Positions 17,343-32,479 are shown, counted from the stretch's first letter. The stretch: DNA of 64,000 bases from Bacilli bacterium (GCA_022647725.1 JALCLG010000001.1:1790784-1854783); one strand, 5' to 3'. Program-made: numbers and translations. Notes: generated by a model not told the origin, from the letters alone.

Positions 17343-18578
17343 ATGGCGTATACCATTGATAAAAATCTGGAAGCCGGCATGAACATGTTGGCAGAAGGCA
17401 AAAAGATTGATTCCGCTTTGAAGCTGATTAACAAGTCTGCTCGCAAGGGCACGACCAAAGGAAAATCTTTCTTTGAAGTCGGTAAAATCATTCACGATGG
17501 TGTACCGGGTTTGGAAGCCAATCCCGAGGAAAGCCGTAAATATTACGATGCTTCCGTGAATCAGTTCATGAAAGAAAATCGTGATTCCATGGATAACCGG
17601 GAATTAGGCGATTATTACTACTACGGTTTGGGAACCGAACCTGTCAATGTCGAAAAAGCCCTTGAGTATTATGATCTCTCTGCCAAAGACGGCGACAAAG
17701 AAGCCCAGGCGAAGGCCGATGAGATCCGGAAGAATCAGTTGCAGAATAAGATTGTTGCTGTTGCTCCTGAGGAAGAAAGCAAGGAAGCCGAAGTAAAGCC
17801 AGTCGAAGAACCGGCTGCGGAAGCTGCGCCGAAAGCCGAGCCGTCTGTTGCGGAAACCGCCCCTGTTGCGCCGGTTGCTGAAACGCCGGTTGCTCCGGTT
17901 GCCGAAGAAGCCAAGGTCGAAAAGGCTCCGGTGGTTGCTCCTGTCAATGGTCCTGCTGAAGTCACAGGCAAGGATACTCAGGAACAGGTTCAGGAAGATG
18001 CTTTGCTGATTCGTGCCATCCGCTTGATTGATAATCCTTCTTCCACTTATAAAGACCGTATGGATGGCATTGAGCTTGCCAAGACCGCTTCGGATCAAGG
18101 CTCTCTTCGTGCTGCTGTCCTTCTGGGTTTCCTTTATGAGGGTGAGAATTCGCTCGTCGAGAAGGATATGACCTCCTCCAAGAAATATTATGAGCTGGCT
18201 ATGTCCCGTGGTTCGGCTTCGGCTGAATTCCGTCTGGGACGTCTCTATTTGGATCATAACAACGCTTTCTTCGATGAAGACAAAGCTCATCAGCTGATTC
18301 TTGACAGCGCTCATAAGGGTTATTCGTATGCCCTGAATTATCTGGGTGATTGTTTCCGCGAAAAGGTTTCCGATCCCAAGAATCTTGAGCTCGCTTATCG
18401 CTATTATTCGCTCGCCGGTGAACGTGGACTGGGTCTTTCTTACCATAATATGGCCGAAATCGATGCTTCCCGTCAGCAACTGGATCTGGCTAAGACGCAT
18501 GAATCCTATGCTGCCAAGTTCGGTTACGATACGCAAGAAGGCCTTCAGGATCCGCTTTCTCTTTCCATTCACCGTTAG
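17343..18578 (+). CDS. Sel1-like repeat (SLR/TPR) protein with a central Pro/Ala/Val/Glu-rich linker
   Basis: Repeats such as 'GDYYYYGLGTEPVNVEKALEYYDLSAKDGDKEAQ' and 'LGFLYEGENSLVEKDMTSSKKYYELAMSRGSASAEFRLGRLY'. No signal peptide. Confidence 0.7.
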   Translation: MAYTIDKNLEAGMNMLAEGKKIDSALKLINKSARKGTTKGKSFFEVGKIIHDGVPGLEANPEESRKYYDASVNQFMKENRDSMDNRELGDYYYYGLGTEPVNVEKALEYYDLSAKDGDKEAQAKADEIRKNQLQNKIVAVAPEEESKEAEVKPVEEPAAEAAPKAEPSVAETAPVAPVAETPVAPVAEEAKVEKAPVVAPVNGPAEVTGKDTQEQVQEDALLIRAIRLIDNPSSTYKDRMDGIELAKTASDQGSLRAAVLLGFLYEGENSLVEKDMTSSKKYYELAMSRGSASAEFRLGRLYLDHNNAFFDEDKAHQLILDSAHKGYSYALNYLGDCFREKVSDPKNLELAYRYYSLAGERGLGLSYHNMAEIDASRQQLDLAKTHESYAAKFGYDTQEGLQDPLSLSIHR

Positions 18579-18605
18579 TTCCTTTTCTCAATTTGTTTTT
18601 TGATT

Positions 18606-18642
18606 AGCCAAGCGGGGCACTTCTTCCTGCTTGGCTTTTTTG
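18606..18642 (+). terminator. Intrinsic terminator
   Basis: Stem AGCCAAGC/GCTTGGCT followed by T6. Confidence 0.65.
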
Positions 18643-18696
18643 GTACTTAAATACTTATTAGAAGATAAAGAAGAAGCTGGAAATTGCAAAAACTTG

Positions 18697-18725
18697 TTGA
18701 CTATGGTCCGGCGGAATGGTATCAT
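18697..18725 (+). promoter_or_regulatory. rrn promoter (TTGACT-N17-TATCAT with TG extension)
   Basis: -35 at 18697-18702 and -10 at 18720-18725, preceded by TGG. An AT-rich UP-like tract lies upstream at 18643-18690. Confidence 0.6.
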
Positions 18726-18759
18726 TTTATTCGCGCTTCGGAAGAGGCGCACTACGGTC

Positions 18760-18771
18760 GCTCTTTGAAAA

Positions 18772-18775
<4 letters not shown>
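18760..18775 (+). promoter_or_regulatory. boxA-like antitermination element (rrn leader)
   Basis: 'GCTCTTTGAAAACTGA' matches the Firmicute rrn boxA type (TTCTTTGAAAACT). The same 16-mer recurs in the 16S-23S spacer. Confidence 0.6.
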
Positions 18776-20526
<1,751 letters not shown>

Positions 20527-20570
20527 TTCTGAGGGGGCGACCCCTCGGCTCTGCGCTCTGCGCGGGGCAG

Positions 20571-20582
20571 GCTCTTTGAAAA

Positions 20583-20586
<4 letters not shown>
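20571..20586 (+). promoter_or_regulatory. boxA-like element in the 16S-23S spacer
   Basis: Exact repeat of 'GCTCTTTGAAAACTGA'. Confidence 0.6.
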
Positions 20587-23709
<3,123 letters not shown>

Positions 23710-23765
23710 TTCTCAGGGGGCCTGCCTTACCGGCTCTCCCTTCTCTCCGTTCCGTTCCGTTTCGT

Positions 23766-23875
23766 CTCAGCGGCGGCGATAGCCAGGCGGACACACCCGA
23801 TCCCATTCCGAACTCGGAAGTTAAGCGCCTCGGCGGCGAAAATACCCTCAGGGGGAAGATAGCCAGCTGCCGCTT
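23766..23875 (+). rRNA. rrf: 5S ribosomal RNA
   Basis: 'GGCGATAGCC...CACCCGATCCCATTCCGAACTCGGAAGTTAAGCGCC...' followed by a T-run. Ends are approximate. Confidence 0.9.
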
Positions 23876-23917
23876 TTTTGGTTGAAATAAATACAAAGCG
23901 GAATGTTATTTATTTTC

Positions 23918-23946
23918 TTGATTGACTATTTCCTTTGTAATATAAT
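23918..23946 (+). promoter_or_regulatory. Sigma-70 promoter for the rplU operon (TTGATT-N17-TATAAT)
   Basis: -35 at 23918-23923 and -10 at 23941-23946. Confidence 0.6.
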
Positions 23947-23949
23947 GTC

Positions 23950-24054
23950 TTAGTTGTTTGGTCTCCAAATGACTACAACCGCCTAGAAGTGGTCTTAATC
24001 TGAATTTATTCAGAACCACAATAGCGAGTCAATTTCTTGGAAAGGAGGCAAAAA
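23950..24054 (+). promoter_or_regulatory. Possible L21 ribosomal-protein leader
   Basis: A 5' UTR of about 105 nt with a nested hairpin at 23989-24019 (GTGGT..CTGAA/TTCAG..ACCAC), in the position of the Firmicute L21 leader. Not verified against a covariance model. Confidence 0.35.
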
Positions 24055-24369
24055 ATGTACGCTATCATTTTAACTGGTGGTAAGCAAGTCAAGGCTGAGG
24101 TTGGACAGACGATCTATGTCGAAAAGATTTCGGGTGAAGTTAACGATGAAGTCTCTTTTGACAAAGTCCTTTATGTTGAGGATGGCGATAAGATCACTGT
24201 CGGCAAGCCTTTCATTGCGAATGCTACTGTCAGAGCAAAGGTTGTGAAGGTTGGCCGTGAAACTAAGCTCCACATTCTTCGTTATAAGGCTAAGAGCAAT
24301 CTCCGTGTCCATCGTGGACATCGTCAGCCTTATACTGCTGTTTCTGTTGAAACTATCGAAGTTAAATAG
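24055..24369 (+). CDS. rplU: 50S ribosomal protein L21
   Basis: 'MYAIILTGGKQVKAEVGQTIYVEK'. Start at ATG 24055 behind SD 'AAGGAGG'. Confidence 0.96.
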   Translation: MYAIILTGGKQVKAEVGQTIYVEKISGEVNDEVSFDKVLYVEDGDKITVGKPFIANATVRAKVVKVGRETKLHILRYKAKSNLRVHRGHRQPYTAVSVETIEVK

Positions 24370-24371
24370 TT

Positions 24372-24683
24372 ATGATTAAGGTATCTGTGGATCATGGCCA
24401 GAAATCCATCCTTAAAATCACGGTTACGGGTCATGGGCCAAGTTCTGCCGGGTATGATCTTGTCTGTGCCGGTGTCTCTTCCTGCGTCACGGGTGCTCTT
24501 AATAATCTTAAAGAAATCGACAACTTCCATATTATCCTTGACTCCGGAAATTTCTTATGCGAAGCTAAGAAAGAACCGAGCTATCATGACCAAGTCGTGT
24601 TGGAAACCTTGGTCACTCAGCTTATGACGATTTCTAAAGAGTATCCTCATGACGTATCTGTTGTTTCCAAGAAAGAAGGTTAA
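24372..24683 (+). CDS. prp: Ribosomal-processing cysteine protease Prp
   Basis: '[20 protein letters not shown]' (His/Cys dyad pattern). Located between rplU and rpmA. Confidence 0.85.
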   Translation: MIKVSVDHGQKSILKITVTGHGPSSAGYDLVCAGVSSCVTGALNNLKEIDNFHIILDSGNFLCEAKKEPSYHDQVVLETLVTQLMTISKEYPHDVSVVSKKEG

Positions 24684-24684
24684 T

Positions 24685-24993
24685 ATGGAATTCAAATTTA
24701 AACTTAACATCCAGTTATTCGCTTCCCATAAAGGTGTCACTTCCACTAAAAACGGCCGTGATTCCAATGCGCAGCGTCTGGGTGCTAAACTCTTCGATGG
24801 GCAATGGTGCCATTCTGGCTCGATCATTTATCGCCAGAGAGGAACCCGAATTCATGCTGGCAACAACGTCAAACGTGCGGGCGATGATTCGCTCTTCGCT
24901 ATGATTGACGGCTATGTCAAATATGAACGCTTAGACAATCACCGCGAAAAGGTTTCTGTCTATCCCACGAAACCTGAAGTTACCGCCAAGTAA
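24685..24993 (+). CDS. rpmA: 50S ribosomal protein L27 with a cleavable N-terminal extension
   Basis: '[12 protein letters not shown]|[23 protein letters not shown]'. This is a Prp-type cleavage site (..LF|AS.KG) with a 12-aa propeptide. Confidence 0.95.
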   Translation: MEFKFKLNIQLFASHKGVTSTKNGRDSNAQRLGAKLFDGQWCHSGSIIYRQRGTRIHAGNNVKRAGDDSLFAMIDGYVKYERLDNHREKVSVYPTKPEVTAK

Positions 24994-25016
24994 TCGCAGC
25001 TTTCCAGGTCGAAGAT

Positions 25017-25047
25017 AAGCTTCGGGTCAAACCGAAGCTTTTATTTT
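25017..25047 (+). terminator. Intrinsic terminator after rpmA
   Basis: Stem AAGCTTCGG/CCGAAGCTT with a 6-nt loop, then 'TTATTTT'. Confidence 0.7.
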
Positions 25048-25061
25048 AAAGAGGTGTCCTT

Positions 25062-26345
25062 ATGAATGATAAAGTCAAAGTCACATTAGCCAGCGGCAAG
25101 GGTGGCGATGGTGCCATTGCCTTCCGCCGTGAGAAATGTGTCGATTCCGGTGGCCCTTACGGGGGTAACGGCGGTCGGGGCGGATCCGTCTATGTCATTG
25201 CCTCCTCGAGCACCGATTCCTTATCCAATTACCGCTTCGGCAAGACCATTCGGGCCGCCGACGGCGAAAACGGCAAGACCAAGCTGCAATACGGCAAAGA
25301 TGCGCCGGATGTCCGGCTTTATGTACCGGTCGGAACCGTGGTCGAGAATGACCAAGGCAAGCTTTTAATGGATCTTTGTCATGACGGCGACACTTACCTC
25401 GCTTTGAAAGGCGGCCGTGGCGGCCGGGGCAATGCCTGCTTCAAATCCTCCATCAAACGGACTCCGAACATTGCCGAGAACGGCTTCCCCGGCGAGGAGA
25501 AGAGCTTCTATTTTGAATTGAAGATGCTGGCCGACGTCGGACTGGTCGGTTTCCCCAATGCCGGCAAATCGACCTTCCTTGCCAGCACGACCCGCGCCCA
25601 TCCGGAAATCGCGGATTATCCTTTCACGACCCTGGATCCGATGGTCGGCGTCTGCTATTACCAGGAAGACAAGAAGTTCGTCATTGCCGATATCCCGGGA
25701 CTGATTGAAGGCGCCTCCCAAGGCAAAGGGCTCGGCTTTACCTTCTTGCGTCATATCGAACGGTGCCGTGTTTTGCTTCATATGATCGATGTCACCACAT
25801 CTCAGGATCTGATGAAGGATTTCGAGACCATCAATCATGAGCTGTTTGCCTACAGTCCGGATCTGGCTAACCGCCGGATGATCATCGGCCTGAATAAGAT
25901 CGATGGCGACTATGACAAGCAAAAAGTGGAAGACTTCCGGAAACAGATCGGCAATCGCTATGAAATCTTCGAATTCTCCGCCAAGGACAAAACCCATCTG
26001 AAGCCCTTGATCAAACGGCTTTATACGCTGGTGACGGAAGAAAAGGCCAAGCAGGAAAGCCTGACCGAGGCCTCGACGGAAGAAAAAGTCTATTCCGCCA
26101 AGGACAGCGATACCGGCCTGATTCCTCAGTTTGACATCGTTCTGCAGAAGGACGGCAGCTATGAGATCGTCGGCGACCGGGTGGTCCGCACCAAAAAGCT
26201 CATCAATCTCAAAACCGATGAAGGCATGGATCATCTCTTGGAATACCTTGACCGGATCGGTGTCAGTGAACGTCTGAAGAAAATGGGCGTCCCCACCGGT
26301 GCTACAATAGTACTGGACGGATTTGCTTTTGACTACTACGAATAA
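25062..26345 (+). CDS. obg: GTPase Obg/CgtA
   Basis: Glycine-rich Obg fold ('GGNGGRGGSV', 'GGRGGRGN'), G1 'GFPNAGKST', and a C-terminal OCT-like domain. Confidence 0.95.
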   Translation: MNDKVKVTLASGKGGDGAIAFRREKCVDSGGPYGGNGGRGGSVYVIASSSTDSLSNYRFGKTIRAADGENGKTKLQYGKDAPDVRLYVPVGTVVENDQGKLLMDLCHDGDTYLALKGGRGGRGNACFKSSIKRTPNIAENGFPGEEKSFYFELKMLADVGLVGFPNAGKSTFLASTTRAHPEIADYPFTTLDPMVGVCYYQEDKKFVIADIPGLIEGASQGKGLGFTFLRHIERCRVLLHMIDVTTSQDLMKDFETINHELFAYSPDLANRRMIIGLNKIDGDYDKQKVEDFRKQIGNRYEIFEFSAKDKTHLKPLIKRLYTLVTEEKAKQESLTEASTEEKVYSAKDSDTGLIPQFDIVLQKDGSYEIVGDRVVRTKKLINLKTDEGMDHLLEYLDRIGVSERLKKMGVPTGATIVLDGFAFDYYE

Positions 26346-26395
26346 ATCACTGGACAAATCCCTAAGAAAAGACCAATAAGGAGTGAGAGGCAAAC

Positions 26396-26959
26396 ATGTT
26401 TTATTATCTTCATGGGTTAGTGACGGTCCATACGGATGACAGCATCGTGGTGGAATGCCAAGGCGTCGGCTACGACTGCCTGGTCTCCCATCCCGAGGAT
26501 TTTCCGGTGGGCGAGAACATGTTTGTCTTTACCTGCTTCTACAGCCATGAGGATGAACAGTTCCTCGTCGGCTTCAAGACGCTCGAGGAAAAAGCGCTGT
26601 ATCTGGCCTTGACCTCCGTCAAAGGCATCGGACCCAAGACGGCGTTAAGTGCTCTCTCCGCGACCTCGACCCAGCGGCTGAAAATGGCCATTGAAGCCTC
26701 GGATGCCCTCTTTCTGATGCAGCTGCCGGGAATCGGGAAGAAAAACGCCTCCCAGATCATTCTGGACCTGAAAGGCAAGCTTACCACGGATCTCTTAGCC
26801 GACCATACCTCCAACCCCAATGCCGAGAAAGCCCGCGAGGCTCTGAAGGAACTGGGCTTCAAAGACAAGGAAATTGCCGCCGCCTTTGAAACCATCACCC
26901 AGCCGGGACTGTCCGTCGAAGACTATACCCGTCTGGCCCTGAGGAACCTGGGAAGATGA
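26396..26959 (+). CDS. ruvA: Holliday junction helicase subunit RuvA
   Basis: 'MFYYLHGLV..', HhH motifs '[12 protein letters not shown]' and 'LPGIGKKNA'. Overlaps ruvB by 4 nt. Confidence 0.9.
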   Translation: MFYYLHGLVTVHTDDSIVVECQGVGYDCLVSHPEDFPVGENMFVFTCFYSHEDEQFLVGFKTLEEKALYLALTSVKGIGPKTALSALSATSTQRLKMAIEASDALFLMQLPGIGKKNASQIILDLKGKLTTDLLADHTSNPNAEKAREALKELGFKDKEIAAAFETITQPGLSVEDYTRLALRNLGR

Positions 26960-28002
26960 GCTCTCCCACCCCTGAGAAAAACGCCGAAGGGCTGGTCCTC
27001 CAGGAACTGAAGGAACAGCGCGACGCCTACGATATCTCTTTGCGGCCGAAAACCCTGGCCGATTATGTCGGGCAAAGCGACATCAAAAAAGAACTTAGCA
27101 TTTTCATTGCCGGCGCCAAGAAACGCAACGAATCCCTGGATCACGTTCTCTTTTACGGTCCGCCGGGACTGGGCAAGACAACTTTAGCCAATGTCATCGC
27201 CACGGAACTGGGCGCCACCATCAAGATCACCAACGGCTCCTCCTTGGTCCGCACCGGCGATCTGGCTGCCATCCTCTCCTCACTCAATCCCGGGGATGTC
27301 CTCTTTATCGATGAAATCCACCGGATGCCGGTGATTGTCCAGGAAGTGCTCTACAGTGCCATGGAAGACTTTTCCTTGTCGCTGATTGTCGGCAAAGGTG
27401 CGGAAGCCCGGACGCTGACGCTGACCTTGCCGCCGTTCACCCTGGTCGGTGCCACCACCGATGCGGGCAGCCTCTCCGCTCCTTTGCGCGACCGTTTCGG
27501 CATCCTTTTCCGGATGTCCTACTATTCGCCCGAGGAACTGCTGGAGATCGTGCTCCGGACCAGCAAAGCGCTGCACTTCCCCATTTCCCTGGATGCCGCC
27601 TATCAGATTGCCCTGCGTGGGCGGGGAACGCCCCGGATTGCCAACCGTCTTTTCCGCCGGGTCCGCGACTATGCCACCTTCGAAGGCAAGGAAACCATCG
27701 ATTATGAAAGCACCCAGAAGGCGATGAGCTTTCTGGCCATCGATGATCTCGGCCTGGATGAGACCGACCGTCGCATCCTGGAATGCCTGATTTACCGCTA
27801 TAACGGCCGGCCGGTCGGCTTAAGCTCGATTGCCTCGGCCATCGGCGAGGCGGTGGAGAACATCGCCGATGTCTATGAACCCTACCTGGTGCAGATCGGG
27901 CTGATCAACCGGACGCCCAAAGGCCGGGTCGCCACCCAAAAGGCCTACGATCACCTTAAAATTCCTGCCCCGGCGGACCTCGAGAGTCCCCCGAAAGCCT
28001 AA
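26956..28002 (+). CDS. ruvB: Holliday junction helicase subunit RuvB
   Basis: '[12 protein letters not shown]', Walker A '[11 protein letters not shown]' and Walker B 'LFIDEIHR'. Confidence 0.96.
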   Translation: MSSPTPEKNAEGLVLQELKEQRDAYDISLRPKTLADYVGQSDIKKELSIFIAGAKKRNESLDHVLFYGPPGLGKTTLANVIATELGATIKITNGSSLVRTGDLAAILSSLNPGDVLFIDEIHRMPVIVQEVLYSAMEDFSLSLIVGKGAEARTLTLTLPPFTLVGATTDAGSLSAPLRDRFGILFRMSYYSPEELLEIVLRTSKALHFPISLDAAYQIALRGRGTPRIANRLFRRVRDYATFEGKETIDYESTQKAMSFLAIDDLGLDETDRRILECLIYRYNGRPVGLSSIASAIGEAVENIADVYEPYLVQIGLINRTPKGRVATQKAYDHLKIPAPADLESPPKA

Positions 28003-28121
28003 AAACCTCTTTTTTGTGTCTTTGGCAATCAATTCATCTTGATATAAAGCCGTTTTTTTGCTAAATTATATGCGTCCTTAAAAAGGGTAGTGTGCTTATT
28101 CTTTGAAGGAGGAAAACGTAA

Positions 28122-30896
28122 ATGCGTCGCTTCTTAGCCTATCTGGTGATGATGCTTACGCTCATCGCCGCGCTGGCGTTCAATATGCAGTCGGTGCTGG
28201 AAAACAGCACGGATGCCATGGAATATGGCAAAGGGACTCAGCTGACCTATGCCATCACTAAGCGCGATGCCACGCTTTATGATGCGGCCAATTACCCCAA
28301 TCTGACCTCCGGCATCAAGAATCTGGACGAAATCGACATCAAAGGTGCCGTCATGAAGCGTCTGGATACCGCCGGTGTCCGCAATGCCGATGTCGAGCTC
28401 ACCAAGGGCAACAACGAGAATGTCGGCTATCAGGTCAAAGTCAGCTTCTCGCCCTTATCGGCTACCGATGAAGCCAACGTCAAGGAACTGTTAGCCTATA
28501 CAGGCTCCTTAAGCGTCTGCACCGTCGGCGATGATACCTGTATGTATGCCGACAAATCCCAGCTTTTCAAGACCAGTGATCTGGCTTCCTTAGTCTATAA
28601 CGGCACCTCGCCGTATCCGTCCATCAATGTCAAATACACCGATGATATGGATAACCTCATCAAGGCTGCCGGCACCGCTGCCACCAACCATAAGAACGAT
28701 ACCAAGACGTCGGATACCAAGTCCGCCCGTCACTTTGATGCCGATACCACGACCGGCGATTCGACCTCAACCACCGATGATGAATCCACCAAGCTTTATC
28801 TTTGGGTCAACAAGACCACCGATGACACCTACAACAAGGCCTACGGCATGAACGGCGCGCGCGTCGACGAGGACGTGAAGAAGAAAGTCCTGGCCGTTCT
28901 GAAGACCTCCGATTATTCCTCGACCGATAAGGCCATCCGTGTCACCAGCGACATCGACGGCAATGCCTTCACCATCTCCACCGCCCGGGCTTTTGTCAAT
29001 TCCCTCAACAGCACCGACTATGGCTTTGACATCTCCTACCTTTATGAAAACAGCATTTACGCCGATTTCGGCACGTCGGCTCTGAAGAACACCTATCTGG
29101 CCGTCGGCATCTCCTTAGCCGTCATCTGCTTAGGCTTATTGGCCTTCTATGGGCTGAGCGGCCTTTCGGCCAGTCTTACCTTGCTGGTGAGCCTCTTTGT
29201 CAGCTTCATCCTCTTCAACCTCTTAGGCTTTGAATTCTCCATTGCCGGCATTGCCGGCATGGCTGTCGTTGCCTGTCTGTCCCTCTTCATTTCCGCCAAC
29301 TACTTCGAACATGTCAAGCAGGAAATCCTCAAAGGGCGCAGCCCCGAGAAGGCCAACCGTGAAGGCTATCATAAGGCCTTCTTCGGCGGCCTGGACGTTG
29401 CCATCGTCGCCTTTGTCGCCTCGCTGTTCTCGTTCTTGATTTCCCTCGGCTCCTTCAGGACTTTCTTCGGTGCCATCATGGTCGGCAGCATTGTCGCCTT
29501 CGTCCTGACGAATTTCCTCGACAAATGGTTCACCTACTGGCTGGTCAAGGATACCAAGAAGAACGATAAGCCGTATTTCTCCTTCCGCGGCCTCAAAGCC
29601 AAACCGGCCAAACCGGTCGCTTTCGTTACCAGCAAAGGGAACGGCCGCAAGCTTCCGCTTTATCTGGTGGCGGGCATCAGTGCCGTTCTCGCCGGCGTCG
29701 CTTTGCCGGTCAGCTATGGTCTGAATGCCGGTCAGTATGCCTTCTTCAACAGCGCCGACCAGTATGCCACGGGCTATAACCTGACGGTGGTCTTCAAGGA
29801 TTCCGCCCAGAGCTATGAGCCTTTAAGCACCAAAGCCAACTACCTCGACTATCTGGTGATGATCGGCACCAATGCCAAGGATGGCAAGTATCTGATGGTC
29901 GATACGGTTTCCAAAGAGAAATCCGACCAGGCCAGCTTCACCTATCAGGAAGCCACGGCCTTCGTCAACATCGTCGAAAAGACGGATCCGGACGATGGCT
30001 CGACCTATTACATCCATTATTTCTCCGTCAACGTCAACAAGGATCTTTCCGCGCTCGTCGATCCCGACAACAACCTTTCCGTGCTGGACATCATCAAGCT
30101 GACGATGCAGGACTCCACCCAGGAAATGCAGGTTTCTTCCTACAATGTGGCCCCGCTCAACGATTCGCATTACATGAATGACTCCTATTCGATCCTGGCA
30201 GAGCCTACCGAAGCCGCCAACCTGCCGCATGATACCAATAACCTCTTCCTCCTGATCGGCGTCCTCTCGGCCTTCTGCTGCATCTATGTGCTGGTCCGTT
30301 TCGGCCTGAACCTCTTCTTGACCGAAGTCACCTCGGGAACCGTCTTTGCACTCTTGGAAGTCGGTCTCTTAAGTGCCACGCGCTTAGCCTATAACCCCTA
30401 TACCGGATTCCTCTTATTGGCCGCACTCTTTGTCTTTGACCTTGTCCTGATTCCGCTCTTTGCCGATAACCACATCGTCATCAAGGAACAGGGACTGAAA
30501 GGCAAAGCCACGTCGGAAGAAAAAGCCGATATTGCCAATGCTGTCATTCTTCGGGCCTTGCCGTCCGTGGTGATTCCGCTGATCGGCTTTGTCCTGATTT
30601 CCCTGACGGCCTTCATGATTGACTCCGCCTTGGTCTCCTACAGTGTCTTGGGCGTTCTCTTACCCGTCGTTGCTTTGGCTGTGCTGCTTCTTTTTGCCAC
30701 CAACTTCTATTACCTCTTAACCAGTCATATCACTTTCCGTCCGGTCGTGGATTGGTTCCACAACCGTCAGAGCCAGCGTCGGGGCAAGAAGGATAAGAAG
30801 CCGGTCGCCCCGGTGGTCAGTGCCGACGGCAATGTCTATGTCGATCCGGAGCTTCCGCATGAGACCGTGATTCCGGGTCTGAACGATTTCCACTGA
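28122..30896 (+). CDS. secDF: Divergent SecDF-like RND-superfamily membrane protein (fused SecD+SecF)
   Basis: Two units of about six TM helices each, each preceded by a large extracytoplasmic domain. 'FSIAGIAGMAVV...ANYFEHVKQE' resembles SecD '[28 protein letters not shown]'. Conserved position between ruvAB and recJ. Confidence 0.7.
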   Translation: MRRFLAYLVMMLTLIAALAFNMQSVLENSTDAMEYGKGTQLTYAITKRDATLYDAANYPNLTSGIKNLDEIDIKGAVMKRLDTAGVRNADVELTKGNNENVGYQVKVSFSPLSATDEANVKELLAYTGSLSVCTVGDDTCMYADKSQLFKTSDLASLVYNGTSPYPSINVKYTDDMDNLIKAAGTAATNHKNDTKTSDTKSARHFDADTTTGDSTSTTDDESTKLYLWVNKTTDDTYNKAYGMNGARVDEDVKKKVLAVLKTSDYSSTDKAIRVTSDIDGNAFTISTARAFVNSLNSTDYGFDISYLYENSIYADFGTSALKNTYLAVGISLAVICLGLLAFYGLSGLSASLTLLVSLFVSFILFNLLGFEFSIAGIAGMAVVACLSLFISANYFEHVKQEILKGRSPEKANREGYHKAFFGGLDVAIVAFVASLFSFLISLGSFRTFFGAIMVGSIVAFVLTNFLDKWFTYWLVKDTKKNDKPYFSFRGLKAKPAKPVAFVTSKGNGRKLPLYLVAGISAVLAGVALPVSYGLNAGQYAFFNSADQYATGYNLTVVFKDSAQSYEPLSTKANYLDYLVMIGTNAKDGKYLMVDTVSKEKSDQASFTYQEATAFVNIVEKTDPDDGSTYYIHYFSVNVNKDLSALVDPDNNLSVLDIIKLTMQDSTQEMQVSSYNVAPLNDSHYMNDSYSILAEPTEAANLPHDTNNLFLLIGVLSAFCCIYVLVRFGLNLFLTEVTSGTVFALLEVGLLSATRLAYNPYTGFLLLAALFVFDLVLIPLFADNHIVIKEQGLKGKATSEEKADIANAVILRALPSVVIPLIGFVLISLTAFMIDSALVSYSVLGVLLPVVALAVLLLFATNFYYLLTSHITFRPVVDWFHNRQSQRRGKKDKKPVAPVVSADGNVYVDPELPHETVIPGLNDFH

Positions 30897-32479
30897 TGTC
30901 TGGTTTCTTAACGGAGCTGTTAGAGCATTATCATCTGACCCTGAAAGACCTCGCCTGCCGGAAGGCACCGGGGTCTTTTGACGTTTTGAAGCGCCCGGAC
31001 GGACTTGGTGATTATGAAAAGGCCCTGGCGCGGATCCGCTTGGCTCTGTCGAAGCATGAGAAGATCGTCCTTTACGGCGATTATGATGTCGATGGCCTGA
31101 CTGCCACCGCCATCCTGAAAAGCACCTTCGATAAACTGAATTATCCGGTGGGGTATTTCATCCCCTCCCGCTACCATGAAGGCTATGGGCTTTGTTCCTC
31201 CCGGGTTGAAGACTTCCATAAAAAAGGCTATTCGTTAGTCATCACCCTCGATAACGGCATCACGGCCTTTGACGCCATCGCCAAGGCCCATAAGGACGGG
31301 ATGGACGTCGTTGTCATCGACCATCATGAACCGCAGGCCACCTTGCCGGAGGTCGCGGCCCTTTTCCATCAGGGACTTTCCGGTTTCCTGGATTACAACT
31401 GCTCGGCCGCGTCCTTGGCCTTCTTTGTCTCGTGGTCGTTGCTCGGCCGTCCGGATCCGTATTTTGCGACCCTGGCCGGGATTGCCGTCTTCTCGGATGT
31501 CATGCCGCTTTGCGGCAACAACCTCGTCTTAGCCAAACTCGCCCTTTCCTATCTGAAGCAAAACCGCTATCCGAATCTTGTCAGTCTGCTGAAAGGCGGG
31601 GAAATCAGCTATGACGCTCTCTCCTTCGCTTTGATTCCGAGCCTCAATGCCGTCGGCCGGATCCGCAAGGAACCGATGGCCACCAATGAGGCCTGCCGTT
31701 TCCTGATCGAGAAAGACGCGCCGGAGACGGTGGCAAAGCTCGGTCAGAAAATCCTTGACGCCAACGATGAGCGGAAGCAGATCGTCCGGTCGATGACCTT
31801 CCTGGATTCGTTCCGGCTGGAAAGCGACCACGGACTGGTCTTGCGGACCGCCGGCTATGGCGGCATCAGCGGACTCATTGCCAACCGCATCCTCAAGGAG
31901 CAGAAGAAAGGCACCTTGGTGCTGGCTCCCGATGACAACAACCCGGACGTGCTCGTCGGCTCCCTCCGTCTTTTGGAAGGCTACGACAGCCAGCCCTTCC
32001 TCAAAGAAGCCCAGCATTACCTGCTGACCTCCGGCGGACACAGTCTGGCCAGCGGCCTGACCTTGAAAGCCAAGGACTATTATCAGGTGGCCACCTTGTT
32101 TCTGACCGTGCTGGAAAAGGAAGCCCTGGAAGTCACGCCGGCTCAGGAAGACACGTTGCCGTTGGCGTTAGAAGATCTCAACGAAGCCAATTATGAGGAT
32201 TACCAGTCCTTCTTGCCTTTCGGCGAAGGCTTCCCGGCCCCCGTCTTTGCCATCACCGTCGACAGCAGCAGCGTCACGCGCTTAGCCAGCGGGAAAGCCA
32301 TCGTTGCTCTCTCGGCCGACAAAGGCTCGAAGATCCTTTATTTCGGTGACAGCGAACTGGTGGGACAGGAGCGCTATGCCTCCTTTACCTTCACCGGCAG
32401 TTTCACCCGGGAAACCTACCAAGGTCAGACCACCTATGAGCTCTTGGCTCATACGATCAGTGGCAATCTTCAGGAATAA
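30896..32479 (+). CDS. recJ: Single-stranded-DNA-specific exonuclease RecJ-like (DHH family)
   Basis: 'VLYGDYDVDGLTATAIL' and 'VVIDHHEP' motifs, with 'GGHSLASG' (DHHA1). Synteny with secDF. Confidence 0.8.
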   Translation: MSGFLTELLEHYHLTLKDLACRKAPGSFDVLKRPDGLGDYEKALARIRLALSKHEKIVLYGDYDVDGLTATAILKSTFDKLNYPVGYFIPSRYHEGYGLCSSRVEDFHKKGYSLVITLDNGITAFDAIAKAHKDGMDVVVIDHHEPQATLPEVAALFHQGLSGFLDYNCSAASLAFFVSWSLLGRPDPYFATLAGIAVFSDVMPLCGNNLVLAKLALSYLKQNRYPNLVSLLKGGEISYDALSFALIPSLNAVGRIRKEPMATNEACRFLIEKDAPETVAKLGQKILDANDERKQIVRSMTFLDSFRLESDHGLVLRTAGYGGISGLIANRILKEQKKGTLVLAPDDNNPDVLVGSLRLLEGYDSQPFLKEAQHYLLTSGGHSLASGLTLKAKDYYQVATLFLTVLEKEALEVTPAQEDTLPLALEDLNEANYEDYQSFLPFGEGFPAPVFAITVDSSSVTRLASGKAIVALSADKGSKILYFGDSELVGQERYASFTFTGSFTRETYQGQTTYELLAHTISGNLQE

